A stretch of DNA of 32,000 nucleotides from Bifidobacterium longum subsp. longum JCM 1217 (GTDB taxonomy: Bacteria; Actinomycetota; Actinomycetes; Actinomycetales; Bifidobacteriaceae), in the NCBI RefSeq assembly GCF_000196555.1, contig NC_015067.1, positions 1,020,001-1,052,000 of the forward strand, read 5' to 3'. Below, piece by piece: positions 27,130 through 32,000 of this stretch. Position 1 is the stretch's first letter, and each line of letters starts with the position of its first letter. The notes under the pieces are model-generated. The model was not told the origin of the DNA and did not search any database. It saw nothing but the letters and a program-made list of their open reading frames with translations. The position numbers and the translations under genes are program-made.

Positions 27130-28018
27130 GTGCCGCACAGCTTAGGCATCGCGATTATGTGCCTCGTGCTCATCATCCGTATCTGTCTATTGCCTCTCTT
27201 CTTCTCCCAAATGCGCGCGACGCAGCGTATGCAGGTGCTCCAACCGCAAATCCAACGTATCCAACGCAAGTACGCCGCGCGTAAGGATCCGCGTTCCAAA
27301 GAAGCCATGCAACGTGAAATTATGGCTTTGCAGCAGCGGCATAACGCCAATCCGCTCGGTTCATACCTGCTTCGCTGATTCAGGCGCCGATTCTGTGCTC
27401 GCTGTTCTACACGCTGCAATCCCTGCCCGCAAGCGCCGCCGGGAATGCGGAACCGTTGAGCGGCATCGACCGCGTCATGGCGGGCGACATCGAATCATCG
27501 TCCATATTCGGCGTGCGCATCGCCGACTCGTTCGGCACGGTCGTCTCGCCGCAGTCGCACGTCGTCATCGGCGTGGCCGTGGCGTTGATGTGTCTGATGT
27601 TGTTCGCGATGCAGTGGCTGCTCATCCATCGCAATACGCCGAAGGACGCCATGGATTCACCGCAGTTCCGCACGCAGAAGCTGACCGCGTTTGTGTTCCC
27701 GGCCATCTACGTGGTGTCGGGCGGCACCTTGCCGTTCGGCGTGCTGCTGTACTGGCTGACCAATAACCTGTGGAACTTCGGCCAGACGCTCTGCCAACTG
27801 CGATGGTTTCCGGCGCCCGGATCCGAGGCGGGGAGCGCAAGGCCGAACGCGACCATGAGCGGGAGAACCGGCATCGCGCCGCCTCCGGATTGCCGTCTTT
27901 GGAAGAAGAGCGCGCGGCGGCCGCGCGTGAGGAGGCCCACGTGCGCCGCGAGCGTGAAAAGTCGGTCGCCAGCCGCAATCGCAGACAGCGCAAGAACGTG
28001 CAGCTCGCCAAGCGTTGA
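27130..28018 (+). pseudogene. yidC: YidC/Oxa1-family membrane insertase paralog, N-terminally truncated with at least 2 frameshifts
   Basis: LGIAIMCLVLIIRICLLPLFFSQMRATQRMQVLQPQIQRIQRKY...NANPLGSYLL, then a shift near 27365 to LIQAPILCSLFYTLQ...LPFGVLLYWLTNNLWNFGQ. A second shift near 27830 leads to the basic tail ERKAERDHERENRH...RRQRKNVQLAKR*. Confidence 0.7.
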
Positions 28019-28153
28019 TGGCACATGGGAGAGGTTACGGGGGATGCGCTGAGACCCTCGTCCCCGGAACGGTTCGAAGTGCTAAACTGCTTGCACTACG
28101 CTGCGATGCCTGAGCGCAAACGGATCCAAGACCTTACGATGACAGGATGAACG

Positions 28154-28774
28154 ATGATGGCCACGAACCGCACGTTACTGGAACAGGCCCGAGAATTGCA
28201 GGCGCTGGCCCAGACCGGACTGATGTACTGCAAGGACCCCTTCGACCGGGAGCGCTACGAGCGTATCCGCGCGATGGCGGTCGACATGCTCTCCACGCAG
28301 GTTGATGCGCCGGCCGGACAGGTGAGTCGACTGCTCAGCGCCGGATATCCGACGCCGAAACTCGACACTCGTGCGGCCATCTTCGATGAAGAAGGCAGGA
28401 TCCTCATGACGCATGAGAACAGCGGGGAATGGTCACTGCCCGGAGGCTGGGTCGACGAGAACCAGTCCATTCGGTCCAACGCCGTCAAGGAGGTCAAGGA
28501 GGAGACTGAGCTCGATGTGAGGGGCGAGCGACTCATCGCGGTGCAGGACTGCGCCAATCACAACGCGCTGACCTATCCGTACGGGGTGCTCAAGTTCTTC
28601 GTATTGTGCAGCCGCGCCGGCGGTTGGTTCTCGGCCAACATCGAAACGACGGAAATCCGCTACTTCGAGGAAGACCGGTTGCCGCGGCTTTCGGAAACAA
28701 GAAACACCGCGGAACAAATCGCTATGTGTTTTGCGGCCCACCGCGATCCCGACTGGATGACGCTATTTGAGTGA
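28154..28774 (+). CDS. NUDIX hydrolase with N-terminal Nudix_N_2-type domain, 206 aa
   Basis: Nudix box GGWVDENQSIRSNAVKEVKEETEL. The N-terminal helical region LLEQARELQALAQTGLMYCKDPFDRERYERI is typical of this subfamily. AGGA SD lies 6 nt upstream. Confidence 0.88.
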   Translation: MMATNRTLLEQARELQALAQTGLMYCKDPFDRERYERIRAMAVDMLSTQVDAPAGQVSRLLSAGYPTPKLDTRAAIFDEEGRILMTHENSGEWSLPGGWVDENQSIRSNAVKEVKEETELDVRGERLIAVQDCANHNALTYPYGVLKFFVLCSRAGGWFSANIETTEIRYFEEDRLPRLSETRNTAEQIAMCFAAHRDPDWMTLFE

Positions 28775-28789
28775 ACCCCGTGAAGGCAT

Positions 28790-29126
28790 CCGCACATGCG
28801 CGTTGCGCGGTGCCGCCTGGTCATCGTGCCGACGGCGAGCATCGGTTCCGAACACTGACGCCGAACCGTCGAAGCCGTTCCTGTGGAAAATCCGTGTCCA
28901 GGCCATGCAGAACCAGGTGGCCATCGTCATGTGCAACCGGGTCGGCAAGGAAGGCGATGTGACGTTCGCCGGCCAATCGGTGGTGGTGGACCCGTACGGC
29001 AACGTCGTCAGCAAGGCCGACGACCAAGAACAGTTGATTATCGCCGACATCGATCTCACACAGACCGCAGCAGCGCGCAAACAGCGGCCATTCCTGGAAC
29101 TGCGACGACCCGAATGGTACGACTGA
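28790..29126 (+). pseudogene. Carbon-nitrogen hydrolase (nitrilase superfamily), C-terminal remnant with frameshift
   Basis: LVIVPTASIGSEH (one frame), then a shift near 28855 to FLWKIRVQAMQNQVAIVMCNRVGKEGDVTFAGQSVVVDPYGNVV...LIIADIDL...RRPEWYD*. The N-terminal catalytic Glu/Lys/Cys region is absent. Confidence 0.65.
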
Positions 29127-29289
29127 AGGGGCGAATGGGCAATAAGCAATGTCACGATTCGCCGCACCCATCAGCCGCATTCGTGCCGGCCTACAGATAC
29201 ATGACCATACGCAGATTGCAGCCAGCTGGTGCAAGGCGGGAATGTGAAGTCATTGTGCGTTTGCTTCGCGAAGCCGCGCAATGCCGGAT

Positions 29290-29752
29290 TCAAAGCAGCT
29301 GCTCATCATTGCTATGGATGCGGGACTGAATGGTCACTTCTCTTGGACCGCCGGTCTCACTGGGAGCTAGCGCGTCACCGTCGTTGTTCCAGAAGCGCAA
29401 TGCGCCTTGTCGGGTCTCATCGTTGACGGATAGCAAGAGATCTCCCTCAAATAGTGTGCGTGCTGTGCGATGCTCCGAACGAGCATCTTGATGTTCTGCA
29501 CGAAGCATGAGGTTCCTGCCCCAACGATCCGGCATGCAGTCTTGAAAGATGCGATGCATCGCATTATGCTCGGCCGGGAACGTTCCGGGGGGAGAGGGGC
29601 ATCTCTGGACAGAGGGATACTGCGTTTGAAGAGCGCATATAGGCCGTATCGTATGTGAAATGTGCCGATTCGATGCCGCGCCTGATACTGGTGAATAATT
29701 TCCCGACGGTGACGTCTGTGCCGTTGAACTGCAGGGTGACGATTGCTTCCAT
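29290..29752 (-). pseudogene. hipA: HipA-family toxin, N-terminal domain only (frameshifted; kinase domain deleted)
   Basis: MEAIVTLQFNGTDVTVGKLF...FTYDTAYM...LCPEMPL (HipA N-subdomain pattern), then a frame change near 29565 to FQDCMPDRWGRNLM...LLLSVNDETRQGALRF. The ORF stops at 29290 and no kinase-core sequence follows. Confidence 0.65.
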
Positions 29753-29775
29753 GATGTGTTGCGCCTCCTGCTGTA

Positions 29776-30069
29776 CTATCGAATACGTTTTGGAGTGTCT
29801 TCGTCGGCGCGTAATTTGCCGATATCTGTGTTAAGAGGGTCCGTCGCTTGCTGTACGCCGTCCAGCAGTCCAAGCAGACGAGCAATGCGGAGGAAGTTCT
29901 CAAAGCTGCCATTACCCGTACGCAGCATTTTGGTGACCGTTGGCATGGATAATCCAGCCCGCTCGGCCAGCAAGGCTACGGGAATGCGCTGTTGTCTGCG
30001 CGCCAAATCGAGGTTGGCGGATATCTGACGCATCGCCCGACTGACCGGGATTGGTGTGCGTGTCGGCAT
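29776..30069 (-). CDS. hipB: XRE-family HTH antitoxin (HipB-like), 97 aa
   Basis: ARRQQRIPVALLAERAGLSMPTVTKMLRTGNGSFENFLRIARLLGL. GGAGG SD lies 7 nt upstream of ATG 30069. It sits 23 nt upstream of the hipA remnant. Confidence 0.8.
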   Translation of the reverse strand: MPTRTPIPVSRAMRQISANLDLARRQQRIPVALLAERAGLSMPTVTKMLRTGNGSFENFLRIARLLGLLDGVQQATDPLNTDIGKLRADEDTPKRIR

Positions 30070-30086
30070 ATTGGCACCTCCTATCC

Positions 30087-30106
30087 CAAATTTAAACATA
30101 AATTTG
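30087..30106. promoter_or_regulatory. Candidate HipB operator: CAAATTTA-N4-TAAATTTG inverted repeat
   Basis: Perfect 8-bp arms read directly, immediately upstream of the hipB SD in an AT-rich stretch. Confidence 0.4.
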
Positions 30107-30161
30107 TATGGACTAGCCTTATGCGGAGGTTACGCCAATATACGACAAGAACGAACCAACG

Positions 30162-30803
30162 TCAGCCCGGAATCTTTTCGACGATGGTGTTCAAGGTGTC
30201 GAAAGTCTCATCGATTTGGTCCACTACCTGCTTGCCCTGGTTGACCATTTCGGTGATCTGTTCCGTGCGGGGTTGCGGCAGCGCATGAATCGACGTCTTG
30301 ACGCGCTTCAAGACCGCACCGGCGTCGGACAGGTCCTGCTTGATGGAAGCGATTTTGGGAATGGAAAGCGTGCCGTCGGAGAAGTTCATGCCGGACAGCA
30401 GCTCTTCGATATTGAAGTCCACCAACGTGCCCTGCGCGGCACTGTCGATTTTGGGCAGGGCGTTGGTCGCGGCGTCGGCGGCCGCATCCAGCATGCCGCG
30501 CACCGCCTTCACGTCCGAACCGTAATACAGCACGTATTCGGCGGCCTGCCATAGCATGCCCTGGGTTTCGTCTCGCGCCGCGACGATGTGACTGCCAGCG
30601 CTGTCCATCTGCTCAAGCGCCTGCTTGAAGTCGCCCTGCCCGACGGATTGCTGTGCTTCAGCCGCATATTCGCCCGCCTGCTGCGCCTCGCCGATCACCC
30701 GTTGTACCGACTGCCAGAACAGCCAGCCGGAAACGCCCGACGCCAGCAGAGCCGCGACCAGTATCGTGAGAATTACGGTGCCGATATGTTTGCGCTTAGC
30801 CAT
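30162..30803 (-). pseudogene. DUF4012-like membrane-anchored protein, N-terminal 213 aa only (C-terminal DUF4012 core missing)
   Basis: N-terminal TM (IGTVILTILVAALLASGV) and a helical region with LWQAAEYVLYYGSDVKAVRGMLDAAADAATNAL, resembling the pre-domain region of actinobacterial DUF4012 proteins (about 600 aa). The ORF ends abruptly 60-90 nt from hipB. Family assignment is from memory. Confidence 0.4.
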
Positions 30804-31000
30804 AGGACCAATGTACCTTTTGTCCCATCTAGCGCCATTGTGTTCTGGCCTTTAGTCCATCAAAGTGTCCAACAGACTTGTCTTCTCTGAAGAAGCGCAT
30901 GGAAATCAGTTATAGTCGATTCTCTCCTGTAGCTGGCGAAAAACAGATATAGTTGAATTGGACTAACGGGTTTTATGTAGGGATGCCGAGGAGGACAACC

Positions 31001-31039
31001 ATGAATCAGGGGAGGGCTCGACTGGAACGAATTCGGTGA
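31001..31039 (+). CDS. 12-codon micro-ORF (MNQGRARLERIR*) with a strong SD, stop overlapping the next ATG
   Basis: GAGGAGGA lies 5 nt upstream of ATG 31001. TGA 31037-31039 overlaps ATG 31039-31041 (TGATG). Confidence 0.3.
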   Translation: MNQGRARLERIR

Positions 31040-31167
31040 TGGAGGGCTTTGCGAAATCCCCGGTCAATCGATTTGCTGACTGGTTGGGATGGGGATTCGT
31101 CTTCCTCGGAGCGGGTATAGGAGCGTTTCTGGGTGTCGTCGCGTACGTTCAACACTGGATTAGCTGA
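31039..31167 (+). CDS. Possible 42-aa single-TM hydrophobic peptide (MEGFAKSPVNRFADWLGWGFVFLGAGIGAFLGVVAYVQHWIS)
   Basis: Translationally coupled to the micro-ORF. It has a Gly/Ala-rich TM segment. Below the ORF-track cutoff. The minus-strand ORFs covering it look like shadows. Confidence 0.35.
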   Translation: MEGFAKSPVNRFADWLGWGFVFLGAGIGAFLGVVAYVQHWIS

Positions 31168-31314
31168 CGGCTTCGAATAGTTCTCCGACCGCTTCTCGGA
31201 TTTGCCGGGTGGCATGAGGTTTTCGACCGCTCACGTAGTGGCGGCGACCTCACGCTAATCAGTAATACACACTTTGATCTAGCAGACCCTACGGCTAAGG
31301 CTAGGAGGCCGACG

Positions 31315-31803
31315 ATGGGAAACCGCGTATGGAAAGGTGAACCTTCCGCCGGTGGCCGGGCCGGAACGGTCATCGCTTTGGGCATCGCGGCGTTGGTAGT
31401 GGCGGGAGTATGGTTCGGATGGACTCGATACTAGGGCTATAGTCCGGTTTCGAATCTGTCGCAGACGTTCTCGATCTCATTTTCCGAGGATGCGCGGGCA
31501 ATCGTCAGCAAGGACGAGGAAAGCTTTCATGGGGACGGATACCGGTACGTGAAGGTCGCCGCTGACCCAGAACAAGTCGACGGCACCATTCTGGACGGCA
31601 GGGATTACTCCAGTGGCCAACTGCCCCAGGAGAACATCCGCATAATCAAGGAAGCGGATGCGACCCTGCGATTGAACCTGGGAACACAGCTCGATGCGCT
31701 CTACGACCGGCCTCATAAGGAGATAACCAACGAGGGCGGCACGCTGATCATCATCCATGATGCCGATTCCTCGGAATGGCATTTCTTCGAATGCCTCGTC
31801 TGA
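31315..31803 (+). pseudogene. Membrane-anchored protein of unknown function interrupted by an in-frame TAG (31432-31434)
   Basis: AGGAGG SD lies 6 nt upstream of ATG 31315. The 39-aa TM anchor (MGNRVWKGEPSAGGRAGTVIALGIAALVVAGVWFGWTRY) is followed by TAG. The same frame then stays open for 123 more codons (GYSPVSNLSQTFSISFSEDARAIV...GTLIIIHDADSSEWHFFECLV*), with higher third-position GC than the overlapping minus-strand ORF. Confidence 0.5.
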
Positions 31804-32000
31804 AAGCTGAGCACTCCCGAAACATATGCGATTGTCCTGAAGAAGAGCCCAGACCAACCAAGCCCCGATTATCCAGATAAAAAGAAACCCCCAGTGCATC
31901 ACGGCTGAGTCGAAGACCGTCCGGAGAGGCCCTTTGGGGGAATTCTTGATATATCATAATGAGCCATGAGCCGACAGTCAAATTCAACAACTGATTTCCT

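Noticed and set aside
31167-31315. The 42-aa peptide ORF, the spacer and the 31315 ORF all lie in the same frame, suggesting one long gene with two stops.
   Set aside because: The spacer translation (RLRIVLRPLLGFAGWHEV...) has third-position GC near 50% and no protein-like character, and the 31315 start has its own strong SD. The shared frame is probably a coincidence for the first segment.
31477-31902. 141-aa minus-strand ORF with an N-terminal hydrophobic segment.
   Set aside because: It has no SD. Its third codon positions coincide with the first positions of the plus-strand frame, which has higher third-position GC and continues in frame from an SD-preceded start (31315). It is most likely a shadow of the plus-strand pseudogene.

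Overview
High-GC actinobacterial chromosome segment. Gene content and protein sequences look like Bifidobacterium longum or a close relative (inference from the bsh-glnE pair and the pyr operon, no search run).

Bases 1 to about 18,270 are conserved core:
- the 3' end of metF
- bsh (bile salt hydrolase) followed by glnE
- a seven-gene pyrimidine operon, pyrB-pyrI-pyrC-pyrF-pyrK-pyrD-pyrE
- a DUF2974/Mbeg1-like hydrolase
- a minus-strand block: aminotransferase, nnr, HAD phosphatase, LysR regulator

From about 18.27 kb to the window end the GC content drops visibly and the region looks like a decaying accessory region.
- Genes that look intact: a multi-pass membrane protein, a 142-aa HTH-like protein, signal peptidase I, an amino-acid permease, a NUDIX hydrolase and a HipB-like antitoxin.
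- At least 12 gene remnants lie between them: RhuM/Fic, DJ-1/PfpI, ABC ATPase, DUF1287-like, CPBP protease, APC permease, MFS, YidC, nitrilase, HipA, DUF4012, and an amber-interrupted membrane protein.

I found no rRNA, tRNA, CRISPR array or transposase, and no intact multi-gene system of unknown function.

The most unusual signals:
1. A dispersed repeat family (core CAGCCCCTTGAAACGGA) that forms a 125-bp imperfect palindrome with perfect 22-bp terminal inverted repeats at 26.15-26.28 kb. A homologous two-unit copy sits at 11.94-12.01 kb.
2. The density and architecture of gene decay after 18.27 kb.
3. Small hydrophobic-peptide ORFs with strong Shine-Dalgarno (SD) sites at 31.0-31.4 kb. One follows a translationally coupled 12-codon micro-ORF. 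The other is separated from its downstream domain by an in-frame TAG.
4. An orphan hipB with a palindromic operator next to a decapitated hipA.

All homology calls come from reading the translations by eye. None was verified by a search.
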